A stretch of 63,886 nucleotides of DNA, counting the filler, from an uncultured bacterium (lineage in GTDB: Bacteria > DAOPZR01), in assembly GCA_964637655.1 (NCBI GenBank). It is 3 parts of 3 records of this genome, joined end to end, with 100 filler letters (N's around TTAATTAATTAA, not from the genome) between each part and the next. Parts side by side here need not be neighbours in the genome. Positions count along the whole stretch, not along the records: positions 25,359 to 50,528 come from CAZWUZ010000020.1; positions 50,629 to 63,886 come from CAZWUZ010000084.1; 1 more part is not named here. One strand, written 5' to 3'. The first letter of the stretch is position 1, and each line of letters begins with the position of its first letter. Shown piece after piece: positions 48,472-58,589 of the stretch. A program made the translations under genes and the position numbers. Under the pieces are notes generated by a model. The model had not been told where the DNA came from and did no database searches. It saw nothing but the letters and a program-made list of their open reading frames with translations.

Positions 48472-48750
48472 ATGGCCACAGGAACAGCAGTGAAGAAAAA
48501 GAGCGCCCGCCACGTATCGGCGGTCAAGCGTGCACGGCAGAACGAGCGGCGCCGGGTCCGCAACCGGACGGCATTGAGCCGCATGCGCACGGCGCGCAAG
48601 GTGGCAAAGCAGGCGTCGGGTGACACGCAGGCGCAGGCGTTCGTCGCCTTCCAGAAGGCAGTCGACCGCGCCGCCAAGCAGGGGATCATCCACAAGCGCG
48701 CGGCATCGCGCATGAAGAGCCGGCTGGCGAAGAAACCCGCCGCGAAGTAA
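48472..48750 (+). CDS. rpsT: 30S ribosomal protein S20
   Basis: SAVKRARQNERRRVRNR and DRAAKQGIIHKRAASRMKSRL motifs. Confidence 0.95.
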   Translation: MATGTAVKKKSARHVSAVKRARQNERRRVRNRTALSRMRTARKVAKQASGDTQAQAFVAFQKAVDRAAKQGIIHKRAASRMKSRLAKKPAAK

Positions 48751-48763
48751 GCAGCCGTTCAGC

Positions 48764-48797
48764 GCGCGTGCTCCCTGCGGGGGGCACGCGCTTTTTT
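48764..48797 (+). terminator. Intrinsic terminator of rpsT
   Basis: gcgcgtgctccc-tgcg-gggggcacgcgc followed by T6. Confidence 0.85.
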
Positions 48798-49690
48798 CAT
48801 GCCCCACGCAGCAGTTCCGCCACCCGTTCGCGCACCTCGTTGATCAGCCAGCCCGGCGTGGAAGCACCCGCCGCCAGCCCGATGCGCGGTTTGTCCTGCA
48901 CCATTTCCGGCAGCACTTCCGCCGCCGTTTCGATGTGGTAGGTCGCGCATCCCGAGGCGCGGCAGAGTTCTGCCAGACGCGCGGTATTGGCGCTGTTTTT
49001 TCCTCCGATAATGAGCATGACATCCACGTCGCCGGCGAGCGCGCGGGCCGCCTGCTGCCGTTTGCGCGTCTCCTGGCAGATGGTGTTGGCCACGCGGATG
49101 TCACCAGCCACCGCGCGCAGCGATTCCACCATGGTCTCGAACGCCTCACGGTTCTGCGTCGTCTGCGCCAGCACGCCAAGCCGCGCCCCGTGCAGTTCCG
49201 CCGGCACGGGCGTCCCCGCCTCGAGTACCAGCGGCTGCTGCCGCAAACGGCTGAGGATGCCGCGCACCTCAGGGTGATCCTTCTCCCCGATGAGCACGAC
49301 CCGCCTGCCCTCCTGCTCCATCTGCACCGCGGTCTGCTGCGCCTTCTTGACGAACGGGCAGGTGGCATCGACGAGCGTCATCTGCCGCGCCTGCGCATCA
49401 GTCATCGTCGCTGCCTCGACCCCGTGCGAACGGATGACCAGCACCCCGCCGTCGACCCCGTCCAGTCCGTCGACCACGCGCAGGCCGCGCTGGGCCATGC
49501 GGGAGACCACCTGCGGGTTGTGGATGAGATGCCCGAGGCAGTAGACGTCGTCGCGCTGCGCGAGCGCCTGCTCGGTCAGGTCGCAGGCGCGGGTGACCCC
49601 GTAGCAGAACCCCGCGTAGGGGGCGACCGTGACGGTATGCCCGTTGACCTCGTAGACCTGCGGCTGGGTGCGACGCTGCTGTGCCATCAT
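48797..49690 (-). CDS. ispH: 4-hydroxy-3-methylbut-2-enyl diphosphate reductase
   Basis: AGFCYGV, LIHN, DATCPFV, HPEV, QTT, NTIC, SANT and AGASTP motifs. Confidence 0.96.
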   Translation of the reverse strand: MMAQQRRTQPQVYEVNGHTVTVAPYAGFCYGVTRACDLTEQALAQRDDVYCLGHLIHNPQVVSRMAQRGLRVVDGLDGVDGGVLVIRSHGVEAATMTDAQARQMTLVDATCPFVKKAQQTAVQMEQEGRRVVLIGEKDHPEVRGILSRLRQQPLVLEAGTPVPAELHGARLGVLAQTTQNREAFETMVESLRAVAGDIRVANTICQETRKRQQAARALAGDVDVMLIIGGKNSANTARLAELCRASGCATYHIETAAEVLPEMVQDKPRIGLAAGASTPGWLINEVRERVAELLRGA

Positions 49691-49792
49691 CCGCCTCCGT
49701 GGCGCAACCTTATCCTGCCGCCGCGGCGCTGTCAATCCCGCTTGCCAACCGTCAGTGCCTATGGTATATGCGTGGCAGGAGCGACATGCGCC

Positions 49793-50152
49793 ATGAACTG
49801 CGTCAAACCGGCGGTCCCGATCGACGGGATGCCCGACACCTGCAGCATCGAACTGAGCAATCGCCTCTGCGGCCCGGAATCAGCCACGCTGGAGTGCCAG
49901 ATCCGCAAAGCGGTGGACAGCGGGATGAAAAACATCCTGCTCGACTGCGTGGCGCTCGACCTGATCGATTCTGCCTCGCTGACCGCGCTGGTGGCGGGGC
50001 TCAAATACCTCAAGGCCAAACAGGGGAACAAGCTCGTCTGTGTCGGTGCCAACGCCACGGTAGCGCGGGTGCTCACCCTGACCAAAATCGACAAGTTCAT
50101 CCCGCTGGTGCCTACGCGCGATGCCGCGCAGGCGCTGCTGCGCGGCGCCTGA
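49793..50152 (+). CDS. STAS domain protein (start uncertain, 49793 or 49829)
   Basis: NILLDCVALDLIDSASL motif; upstream TTGCCA-17-TATATG. Confidence 0.8.
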   Translation: MNCVKPAVPIDGMPDTCSIELSNRLCGPESATLECQIRKAVDSGMKNILLDCVALDLIDSASLTALVAGLKYLKAKQGNKLVCVGANATVARVLTLTKIDKFIPLVPTRDAAQALLRGA

Positions 50153-50528
50153 TGCTCGAAAAACTCGACGGTCACGGCGGCGAGAGCGCCCCGGCGGGTC
50201 GTGACACGCGCGCGCGCACCATCCGCCAGCTGTTCGGGCGGCAGACCGTGCGCCCCAAAGTCGTGCCCGACGACGCCGCGGACGAGACGCTGCCGGACGA
50301 CCTGATCATCCCGGAACTTGCGGGACTCGACGACATCCAGAAGACCATCGACATCCTCGCCACCGAGAGTGACCTGCCACCAACCGCGACGGTCGACCTC
50401 CCCGCCCCCGAAGAGAAACTCTACCACGCGGTGAAGATGAAACTCATCGACGAACTGACCGCCGCCGCGGACACCCGCCAGTTCTCGCTGGCGGGGACGA
50501 CGGGGCGGACCAGCGAACTGCGCGAGTT
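50152..50528 (+). CDS. Hypothetical protein, truncated by contig end
   Basis: TGATG coupling with the STAS gene; host-like codon usage. Confidence 0.55.
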
Positions 50529-50628
50529 NNNNNNNNNNNNNNNNNNNNNNNNNNNNNNNNNNNNNNNNNNNNTTAATTAATTAANNNNNNNNNNNNNNNN
50601 NNNNNNNNNNNNNNNNNNNNNNNNNNNN
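50529..50628. other. Artificial contig linker
   Basis: 44 N + TTAATTAATTAA + 44 N. Confidence 0.98.
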
Positions 50629-51747
50629 ATACGTCTGCGTGTACCCCGCCTTGGCCAGCATCTTCATCATCTTCGGTTTGGTGAACGCCTCCGCCAGAAA
50701 GATGACGTCAGGATGCTCCTTGTGGATTTCGCTGATCACCCAGTGCCAGAAGACCACCGGCTTGGTATGCGGGTTGTCGACGCGGAAAATCTTCACCCCG
50801 TGACTTATCCAGAATTCGAAAATCCGCTTGAGTTCCAGCCAGAGCGACTCCCAGTGCACTGAGTAGAAATTGAAGGGATAAATGTCCTCGTAGCGCTTGG
50901 GCGGGTTCTCCGCAAACTTGATCGTGCCATCCGCCTCCCGGTAATACCATTCCGGATGCTTCGGCACGTAGGGATGGTCGGGGGAGCAGGTATGCGCGAT
51001 ATCGAGTGCCACTTCCATCCCGTGCTGGTGGCATGCCGCCACGAACCGGTCGAAATCCTTGAGGGTGCCGAGCCCCGGCTCGATAGCATCATGACCGCCA
51101 CCCTGGAAACGGTTGCCCACCGCGTAGGGGCAGCCCGGTTCGCCCGGTTCCGCCTTCAATGAATTGTTCTTCCCCTTGCGGTTGGTCTGCCCGATGGGGT
51201 GGATGGGAGTCAGGTAGATGACATCGAAACCCAGGTGCTGTATTTCCGGCAGGCGGGCAATCATGTCGTCGAAGGTGGCGCTGGCGTTCGGATCGGTACC
51301 CTGCGAGCGCGGCCACATCTCGTACCACGCGGCATAGCGCGCCCGCACGCGATCGACCTTGACCTGCAGGACGCGGTCGTACTGCGTGACCACCTGCGGT
51401 GTCTTCGTCGGCCACCCCTCGATGGTATACTCGTAAAACCCGACCTCCTCGACGAGAAACTCCGCGCGGTGCCGGTCGTTGTCGATATGTTCCATCGGCT
51501 CGCGATGCCACTGCTTCGCCCCCACCTGGCGCCAGAGGAGGTAGGCCTCGAACGGCTCATGCCCCTCCTTGTAGATATCCGCTTCAACCGTGACGGTATC
51601 CCCGACCTCGCGCTTGACGGGCCAGCGCCCGCTGTCGAGTTCAGGGGTCACCCCCTCGATGATCACGCTCTTGGGCACCAGCGGAATCTTTTTTCCGGGG
51701 ACAAACTTCGCCGGGCAGTTGGGGTACTTCTCCTTTTTCGTCGCCAT
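50629..51747 (-). CDS. glgE: Maltose-1-phosphate maltosyltransferase GlgE, 3' truncated
   Basis: WYEMWPRS, PIHPIG, RKGKNN, AENPPKRYEDIYP and FRVDNPHTKP motifs. Confidence 0.95.
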
Positions 51748-51758
51748 GATCCGCTCCG

Positions 51759-52970
51759 TCAGTTCTTGCGCTGCAGGCGGGCGTAAAGCGCCGCCACTTC
51801 CTTCGCCACTGCGGTCCAGCTGTACTTCGCCACCGCCCGCGCGCGCCCCGCCTTCCCCATCGCCACACGCTTCGCCGGGTTATCGAGCAGGTCGTTGACA
51901 GCCGCCGCAAGGTCCGCGGAGTACTTCGCCGGGTCGCGCGGTTCGAACGGGCTTTCGCTGAGCTGGTCGAGTTTGACCAGCGTTCCCGTCTCACCGTCGA
52001 CCACCACCTCGACGATGCCGCCCACCGCGCTCGCCACCACTGCCGTCTCGCAGGCCATGGCCTCGAGGTTGATGATGCCGAACGGTTCGTAGATGGAGGG
52101 GCAGACAAAGACCTCGGCGTGGGTGTAGAGCTCCTTCACTGTCGCCTTGTCGACCATCTCCTGTATCCAGATGACCCCGTCACGCTGCGCCTGCACTTCA
52201 GCCACCGCCTCGCGCATCTCCTGCGCGATTTCGGGGGTGTCGGGCGCGCCCGCGGCCAGCACAATCTGCACGCCGGGACGGATGTCCTTGATGGCGCGCA
52301 CGAGGTGCACTATCCCCTTCTGCCGCGCGATGCGCCCGACAAAGAGAATGAACGGCTGCTGCGGGTCGATGCCGTATTTCGCGAACGAGTTTTTCGTCGT
52401 CACCGGCTGATATTCGTCGGTGTCGATGCCGTTGGGGATGATGACCACCTTCTGCGGGTCGACGTCGAACAGGCGCTCGACATCCTCCTTCATCCCCTGC
52501 GAGACCGCGATGACCGCGTCCGCGCGCTCGATGGCGGTCTTCTCCACCCACGTCGAAAGGTGGTAGCCGCTCCCGATCTGTTCCACCTTCCACGGGCGCA
52601 GTGGCTCCAGCGAGTGGCAGGTGATGACCAGCGGAATCTCGTACATAATCTGCGTCATGATCCCGGCAAAATGCGCATACCAGGTGTGGCAATGCACGAC
52701 ATCCGCCCGTGCATCCGTCGCGTTGAACGCGAGTCCGCGCGCAAAGGTGGTCAGCGGCGACTGCAGTTTTTTCGGGGCCTGCGCAAAGGTCTGCGTGTCC
52801 GCCGCGTACCCCTTCACCACCGGGTTTCCCTTCGGGATGTCCTGATCGCCGAAGCAGCGCACTTCGACGTCGATCAGTTTCGCCAGTTCCCGCGTCAGGT
52901 ACTCGACGTGCACCCCGGCACCGCCGTAATTGTAGGGGGGATACTCGTTGGTGTAGATAAGCGCTTTCAT
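51759..52970 (-). CDS. glgA: GT4 glycogen synthase / maltose-1-phosphate synthase (GlgM-like)
   Basis: EYPP..YGGAGVHV, HTWY, HSLEPLRPWK and CPSIYEPFGIINLEAMAC motifs; promoter TTGACA-18-TACAAT at 52998-53027. Confidence 0.92.
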   Translation of the reverse strand: MKALIYTNEYPPYNYGGAGVHVEYLTRELAKLIDVEVRCFGDQDIPKGNPVVKGYAADTQTFAQAPKKLQSPLTTFARGLAFNATDARADVVHCHTWYAHFAGIMTQIMYEIPLVITCHSLEPLRPWKVEQIGSGYHLSTWVEKTAIERADAVIAVSQGMKEDVERLFDVDPQKVVIIPNGIDTDEYQPVTTKNSFAKYGIDPQQPFILFVGRIARQKGIVHLVRAIKDIRPGVQIVLAAGAPDTPEIAQEMREAVAEVQAQRDGVIWIQEMVDKATVKELYTHAEVFVCPSIYEPFGIINLEAMACETAVVASAVGGIVEVVVDGETGTLVKLDQLSESPFEPRDPAKYSADLAAAVNDLLDNPAKRVAMGKAGRARAVAKYSWTAVAKEVAALYARLQRKN

Positions 52971-53023
52971 GGTGACCTCCGCGGCAGGATTTGTTTCATT
53001 GTAGCGTCGGCGCCTGTTGCCTG

Positions 53024-54685
53024 TCAATCATGCCAGCTGTCGCGTGACCCGTTGCGCCACGGCTGCACATGGCTGCGGAACGCGCTCCAGGCAGGATCGT
53101 TGCCCAGCCAGCCGTAGGCAACGGGCGCTGGTACTATCCCGGCGGCGCGCAAACGGGCCGCCGCATAGTCGTCAGCCAGTTCCGTGGCCAGCGGATGCTG
53201 TTCCCGGTTCAGTTCTTCCAGCCGATAGGCCAGATAGGCCCGCACCCCGTTGGCCACCACGGGCTCGCGGTGCCGCAGCAGCGGGAGCAGCGCGGGATAT
53301 GCTTCACTGCCGGTGCTCTGCCAGTGCTCGGAGAGCCAGACCAGCGGCCGGTCATTGCCGCGCATGGCCTGCCAGACATTGAACCGTGCGCAGGCATAGT
53401 CGTCGGGAAAGAGCGCGGTGATGACCAGCGCAATGAGCAGTGCCGCCACATAGCGCCGCGCCAGCCAGACGAAATTGCGCCGCTGCCGCAATTTCACCGC
53501 CATGATGACCAGCCCGGCAATAACCAGCAGTGTCCCGGCGATGCCCAGCAGCCGCGCCGGGGTCAGCCCGTTGTACGCGATGTAGAGCTGGAGGCGGCGC
53601 AGTACGCCAAGCGCCATCATCGCATCGAGCGCCACCCAGCCATAGGCGAGCGTGCGCGTCACTCCTTCGCGCCGGTCGGGCACCAGCAGCGGCGAGGTTG
53701 CCAACCCGATGACCACGGTGCTCAGCAGCAGCGCGAACGTCAGCCAGCCCGCACCCTCATGCGCGTACTGCGAGTAGGTGATGCCCGCCGGCAGCGCGCC
53801 ATGCAACCACAGGTAGCGCGCATCGAACAGGTCGTAGGCAAGGAACGTCAGGCAGGCGGCACCAAGCACCGCCAGCGCCGTGACCCGTACCAGCAGATGT
53901 TCCCCCTGCGGCGAACGCTGCTCCTCGCGCTGCGTGTTGATGAAATTCGCCACCGCGCGCGGCAACAGCGGCGTGACGAGACCAGCCATAAGCCAGAGCA
54001 TGAGTCCCCAGAAGAACAGATGACCGAACCCGGGCACGAGTTCCAGCACGAGATCGATAATCTCCGCGAACCGGGCGAACACGATATCCCAGTAATGCCC
54101 GAGCACGGGGTTCGCCGCGACGAAGATCAGGCCGAAGACGACTGCCGTAAATGCCGCTGCCAGCAGCGGGATGAGGATGAGCGCACAGGCGCGCCACTTG
54201 CGGTCGCGCACCAGTCCCCACAGCCCGAGCAGCCGCGCCGCATTCGCCCCCAGATGCAGCAGCGCCATCGACCAGCCCATGGCATACGAGAAGACGCCGG
54301 CCACCGTCCCTTCCGCAAGCCGCCGCAGCCCGGTGGCGCAGAAAACCGCGAGCGTGCCGAGCAGCAGCCAGGCCAGCGCACTCCCCCCGAAGGTCAGGTC
54401 CCATGCCTGCCGGCAGGCAAGCAGCGCGAGGTAGGCGACGAGCAGGTAGACCTCGCGCGTGCGCACCCGCTCCGGACGCAGCGCCACGAGCCCGAGCGTG
54501 ATGACCAGGAAAAAGAGACCCGTGCCCACCCCGCCGTTGAACTGGTAGAGCAACAGGTCGGCAAAGAGTACTCCCGCGATGATGAACAGTCCCTGCCGCA
54601 GCGTCACGGGCTCACCGTCCGCCGGGCTCACCAGCCAGCGTTCGCGCAGTCCCGGTCTGGCCGGCGCGCTTTCACTCTGTGCCAT
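53024..54685 (-). CDS. DUF4153/DUF4173 membrane protein
   Basis: F..ANPV, YSQYAHEG and RRLQLYIAYNGLT..R motifs. Confidence 0.8.
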   Translation of the reverse strand: MAQSESAPARPGLRERWLVSPADGEPVTLRQGLFIIAGVLFADLLLYQFNGGVGTGLFFLVITLGLVALRPERVRTREVYLLVAYLALLACRQAWDLTFGGSALAWLLLGTLAVFCATGLRRLAEGTVAGVFSYAMGWSMALLHLGANAARLLGLWGLVRDRKWRACALILIPLLAAAFTAVVFGLIFVAANPVLGHYWDIVFARFAEIIDLVLELVPGFGHLFFWGLMLWLMAGLVTPLLPRAVANFINTQREEQRSPQGEHLLVRVTALAVLGAACLTFLAYDLFDARYLWLHGALPAGITYSQYAHEGAGWLTFALLLSTVVIGLATSPLLVPDRREGVTRTLAYGWVALDAMMALGVLRRLQLYIAYNGLTPARLLGIAGTLLVIAGLVIMAVKLRQRRNFVWLARRYVAALLIALVITALFPDDYACARFNVWQAMRGNDRPLVWLSEHWQSTGSEAYPALLPLLRHREPVVANGVRAYLAYRLEELNREQHPLATELADDYAAARLRAAGIVPAPVAYGWLGNDPAWSAFRSHVQPWRNGSRDSWHD

Positions 54686-55154
54686 GCGCTTCTCCTTTGC
54701 CGGGCGGGGCACCGACAAGAATCCCCGCGCCCCACGGCTGATACGTCATGCGCCATCCGTGTTTTTTCAGCAGCGTGCGCAACGCGCCGCGGCGGCGGTC
54801 AGCACCATAGACCAGCAGCAGGCCGCGCGGCGGCACGCGCGCCAGTTCGCGCTCCGGAAATTTCCCGCAACGTTCATCCCAGAGCAGCAGATGCGTTTTC
54901 CCGCGCGGCAAAGCGGCAAGACAGCGTATGCTCTCACCTGCGCGCTTTTTTGCCGCCAGCTGCCGCAGCGCCGGCGCGTCACTTACCAGCGTCAGCGACC
55001 AGCGCAGCGGCTGCGCGCGCAGCCCGGCCAGTACCGCACCCGCCACGGCCGCGTCGTCAGTCAGCACCAGCGTGCGGCGCGGGGCCAGCAGTTGCGTCAG
55101 TAGGTTGAAATAGTTGTGCCGTTGCCGGGTTTCGTCTGCCGGCCGGAGCGCCAT
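54672..55154 (-). CDS. Hypothetical protein
   Basis: Fills the gap between co-oriented genes; no motif recognised. Confidence 0.4.
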   Translation of the reverse strand: MALRPADETRQRHNYFNLLTQLLAPRRTLVLTDDAAVAGAVLAGLRAQPLRWSLTLVSDAPALRQLAAKKRAGESIRCLAALPRGKTHLLLWDERCGKFPERELARVPPRGLLLVYGADRRRGALRTLLKKHGWRMTYQPWGAGILVGAPPGKGEAHGTE

Positions 55155-55155
55155 C

Positions 55156-56154
55156 TCAGTTGCCCAGGTATTTCCGGCTCATCGCCTCGTGCTGCTCGAT
55201 GGTGTAACTGAATTCATGCGACCCGTCCCCGCGCGAGACGAAGTAGAGATAGCGCTCATCCGCCGGCCGCCAGGCCGCTTCGAGCGATACGCGCCCGGGA
55301 CTGCAAATCGGCGTGGGGGGAAGCCCGTCATTGCGGTAGGTGTTGTAGGGCGACTGGATGTCGAGATCACGGAACGAGAGTACATCCTTGTGGATGCCGA
55401 GCGCGTAGAGCACCGTGGCGCACGATTCAAGGCGCCGCCGGTTGGCAAGACGGTTGTAGAAGACCGCCGCGACGATGGCGCGCTCGCTGTCGCGCTTTGC
55501 CTCCTTCTCGACGATGGAGGCGACGATAAGTTTCTCATAGAAGGAAAACTGCGGTTTCGTCGTGCCGCCGCGTTCCACTTCTTCCATCACTTCGCGGAAG
55601 CGCTTCGTCATCTGCCCGACGATTTCCGCCACCGGTGTCCCCGCCTCGAATTTGTAGGTGGCGGGAAAGAGGTAGCCCTCGAGATGCGGACGGATCTGCC
55701 CCGCGATGGCCGCCACGCGCTCCTGCTGCGCCGTCGCCTGCATGAATTCCTCGGGACGACAGAGCCCCGCCACCGAGAGCCGCACGGCAATTTCCTCGCG
55801 CTTCAGTCCCTCGGGGATGACTACCGTGGCCTCATACACCTGCCCGGCCGCGATGGTGGCAATCATCGCCGCGGGAGAGACGTCGGACGGAACGCGATAG
55901 GTGCCCGCTTGCAGCTTTTGTGCCTGCCCGCTGAGGTCCATGTAAAGCGCGAGGAAGCGCGGTGTTCGTCCGATCCCTTTGCTGACCAGCAGTTCCGCGA
56001 CTCTCCCTGCCGAGGCCCCGGGCGGAATGGTCAGCGTGCCGGGAAGCGCCTGCGACGGCGAGTTGATCTCCTGCTGGTATTTTCCGTGCAGGTAGTACCC
56101 TGTGCCGGCCAGCGCCAGCAGCACAAAGAGGATTGCCGCACCAAGTTTACCCAC
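55156..56154 (-). CDS. mltG: Endolytic transglycosylase MltG
   Basis: IPEG, LEGYLFPATY, ASIVEKE and SPYNTY..GLPPTPI motifs. Confidence 0.95.
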   Translation of the reverse strand: MGKLGAAILFVLLALAGTGYYLHGKYQQEINSPSQALPGTLTIPPGASAGRVAELLVSKGIGRTPRFLALYMDLSGQAQKLQAGTYRVPSDVSPAAMIATIAAGQVYEATVVIPEGLKREEIAVRLSVAGLCRPEEFMQATAQQERVAAIAGQIRPHLEGYLFPATYKFEAGTPVAEIVGQMTKRFREVMEEVERGGTTKPQFSFYEKLIVASIVEKEAKRDSERAIVAAVFYNRLANRRRLESCATVLYALGIHKDVLSFRDLDIQSPYNTYRNDGLPPTPICSPGRVSLEAAWRPADERYLYFVSRGDGSHEFSYTIEQHEAMSRKYLGN

Positions 56155-56563
56155 GCGCTGCCTTCCTTTCGTCCAGCCAGCCCTGCAGGATGACCACCGC
56201 CGCCTGCCGGTCGCTTTTCGCCGCGCGCGCCGCGCGCGACAGTCCGCCCTGCAGCATCGCTTCCTCCGCCGTCAGCGTCGAGTAACGCTCATCCGTCAGT
56301 TCCACCGGGATGCTGCTGTGCGCCTGCAGCCGCCGCGCAAATCCGCGCACGCGCACCGTCTGTTCCGAATCGCTGCCGTCGACATTGAGTGGCAGCCCGA
56401 CCACCACGCGTTCGAGCGGGTCGGGATACGCGGCAAGGCGCCGCGCCACTTCCCCCGACTTGGGCGGCCAGTCACCCACGGGCGAGGCGAGTGTCTGCGT
56501 CTCGTCCGAGACCGCCACCCCCACCCGCTTCCTGCCGACGTCCAGCCCGAGTACCCGTCCCAT
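56147..56563 (-). CDS. ruvX: RuvX/YqgF nuclease
   Basis: LGLDVGRKRVGVAVSD, VVGLP, DERYST and D..AA..ILQ motifs. Confidence 0.93.
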   Translation of the reverse strand: MGRVLGLDVGRKRVGVAVSDETQTLASPVGDWPPKSGEVARRLAAYPDPLERVVVGLPLNVDGSDSEQTVRVRGFARRLQAHSSIPVELTDERYSTLTAEEAMLQGGLSRAARAAKSDRQAAVVILQGWLDERKAARG

Positions 56564-56823
56564 TACCGGTAAATGTCTTTGCGCAGACCAATATCGAGAA
56601 TGGTAACTGTTTTCTGCCGGTCAGCGATTTCATATACTACCCGGTAGTGCCCGACACGCACACGGTATCCGGTACGACCGGTCAGTTTCCTGCTCCCCAC
56701 CGGACGGGGCGTTCTGGCCAGCGCGGTCAGTGCCGCCTGTATCCTGGGAAAGTCACTTGCCGCAACCCGTTTCAGTTGCCGGATCACCCGCGGTAATACC
56801 GCAACCTGGTACCCGCCGTTCAT
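56563..56823 (-). CDS. RelE/ParE family toxin
   Basis: PRPVGSRKLTG..YRVRVGHYRVVYEI..RKDIYR pattern. Confidence 0.9.
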   Translation of the reverse strand: MNGGYQVAVLPRVIRQLKRVAASDFPRIQAALTALARTPRPVGSRKLTGRTGYRVRVGHYRVVYEIADRQKTVTILDIGLRKDIYR

Positions 56824-57020
56824 GCCCGTCCGCGGACCGCTGCCAGCGCCCGTGCCAGCGAAACCGGTTTGCCCTTGCTCTTTACCGCCCGATCATAGGC
56901 ACGAATGGCGGCCAGTTCCTCGAGTTCATCCAGCACGCGTTTGTACTCGCGCATGCCCAGCAGCACTCCGGCCTTCCTGCCGCGCGTATCCACCACCACC
57001 TGCGCATTTCTGATGTGCAT
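56820..57020 (-). CDS. Cognate antitoxin
   Basis: VVDTRGRKAGVLL..EY...LEEL..IRAYD pattern; ATGA overlap with the toxin. Confidence 0.8.
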   Translation of the reverse strand: MHIRNAQVVVDTRGRKAGVLLGMREYKRVLDELEELAAIRAYDRAVKSKGKPVSLARALAAVRGRA

Positions 57021-57130
57021 GACGTTCCCCTCTCGAACCGGAATACACATTCTGACGACAATACCGCACAGAACGACTTCAGATGGTTGCCATTCCGTCA
57101 GCAAAACTGAGTGCAACGTAACTATTCAGC

Positions 57131-57213
57131 CACCCTCACCCTTCCCTCTCCCGCCGCAGGCGGGAGAGGGTGTTGCCTTCCCCCTCTCTGAGGGGGAAGG
57201 TTGGATGAGGGTG
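57131..57213. repeat. Composite palindrome (CCCTCACCC..CCCTCTCCC REP-like doublet)
   Basis: Two internal hairpins enclosed by caccctca/tgagggtg. Confidence 0.75.
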
Positions 57214-57226
57214 AACAGTTGCTTAG

Positions 57227-57389
57227 CAGGTTGTTGAAAAATCGACCGTTCCCTATTTCACATGCCGTCACTCCCGAATTATGTAATCGGGAGTCCAGTC
57301 GTTTCCGTCGCTGATGCTGGATTCCCGATTACTGACTTCGGGAATGACGGATCACTTGTCGTCGTCCTCCACAGCTTTTCAACAACCTG
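57227..57389. mobile_element. MITE with 14-bp terminal inverted repeats and TTAG target duplication
   Basis: CAGGTTGTTGAAAA (57227-57240) and TTTTCAACAACCTG (57376-57389); TTAG at 57223-57226 and 57390-57393; internal inverted REP pair at 57266-57349. Confidence 0.8.
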
Positions 57390-58589
57390 TTAGAGGGAAA
57401 TAATGCGGTCGAGCAGCCAGTGCGCGGCATCGGCCTTGGCCAGCGGGCCCGACGCCGCCTCTGCTCCCGTGCGCGGCAGCCAGAGCAGTTCCGTCACGAC
57501 ACCGCCCATCGCCGCGCCGCTGACCTCGTTGCCGACGATCGCTTCAAGGTGTTTCCGCTGCAGTTTGTCACGGGCCGGCCCGCGCACGTCGCCGATGGCG
57601 GCACAGAACCCGATAACCGCGCGCGCCTTCCCCGCCGCCGCCACCGCGGCGATGATGTCCGGGTTCTCCGCCAGCGCGATGGCGTCACCGCTTTTGGCCG
57701 GCTTGCCTGCCGCCATCTGCGCCGGGCGATGGTCCGCGACCGCCGCGGCCCCGATAACGATATCGTCCTGCCGCAGTTCCGCCAGCACCGCGTCATGCAT
57801 TTCCTGCGCAGTAGTGACGCCCACCGTCCGCACCCCGAACGGGTCGGGCAGCGCGACGGGGCCGCTGACCAGCACCACCTCCGCGCCGCGCGCTGCTGCC
57901 GCGCGGGCCAGCGCAAACCCGAGCTGCCCGCTGCTGCGGTTGGTGAGCACGCGCACCCCGTCGAGCGGCTCCTGTGTCGGTCCCGCGGTAATGAGCACGC
58001 GCCGACCGCCACCATCAAATCCGCGCCCGTGCAGCGCCGCGCGCACCGCGTCCAGCACCGCGTCCAGCGGCGCCAGCCGTCCTTCACCCTCCTCACCGCA
58101 GGCCGTGCCGCCGCGCGCGGGCCCGACAATGGCATGCCCGCGCTGGCGCAGCACCGCGGCATTGTCGCGCACCGCGGGATGTGCCCACATGTCAGGATTC
58201 ATCGCCGGCGCGAAGACCACCGGCAGGCGACTGCAGGAGAGATACGTCGTGGAGAGAATATCGTCGGCAATACCGTGCGCGCATTTGCCCAGTGCGTTGG
58301 CGGTGGCCGGACATATCACCAGCACCTCCGCCCACTGCCGCAGCACAATGTGCGGCATCGCGTCGGGCTCGTCGCCGCGCCGCCAGGCGTCCGTCGCCAC
58401 CGGCTGCCCGGTGAGCGTGGCAAAGGTCAGCGGCGTCACCAGCCGCGTCGCGTGCTCCGTCATCAGCACGCGCACCTCCGCGCCGAGGTGCATAAGCTCG
58501 CGGGCGAGGTCGGCGCTGCGGTAGGCGGCGATGCCGCCCGTCACCGCCAGCAGCACGCGCCGCCCGCGCAGCGCGGACGGAATAGTCAC
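57390..58589 (-). CDS. coaBC: Bifunctional PPC decarboxylase / PPC synthetase
   Basis: TGGIAAY, PATAN, PAMN, ACGEEGEGRL, ITAGPTQE and NRSSG motifs. Confidence 0.95.
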   Translation of the reverse strand: MTIPSALRGRRVLLAVTGGIAAYRSADLARELMHLGAEVRVLMTEHATRLVTPLTFATLTGQPVATDAWRRGDEPDAMPHIVLRQWAEVLVICPATANALGKCAHGIADDILSTTYLSCSRLPVVFAPAMNPDMWAHPAVRDNAAVLRQRGHAIVGPARGGTACGEEGEGRLAPLDAVLDAVRAALHGRGFDGGGRRVLITAGPTQEPLDGVRVLTNRSSGQLGFALARAAAARGAEVVLVSGPVALPDPFGVRTVGVTTAQEMHDAVLAELRQDDIVIGAAAVADHRPAQMAAGKPAKSGDAIALAENPDIIAAVAAAGKARAVIGFCAAIGDVRGPARDKLQRKHLEAIVGNEVSGAAMGGVVTELLWLPRTGAEAASGPLAKADAAHWLLDRIISL

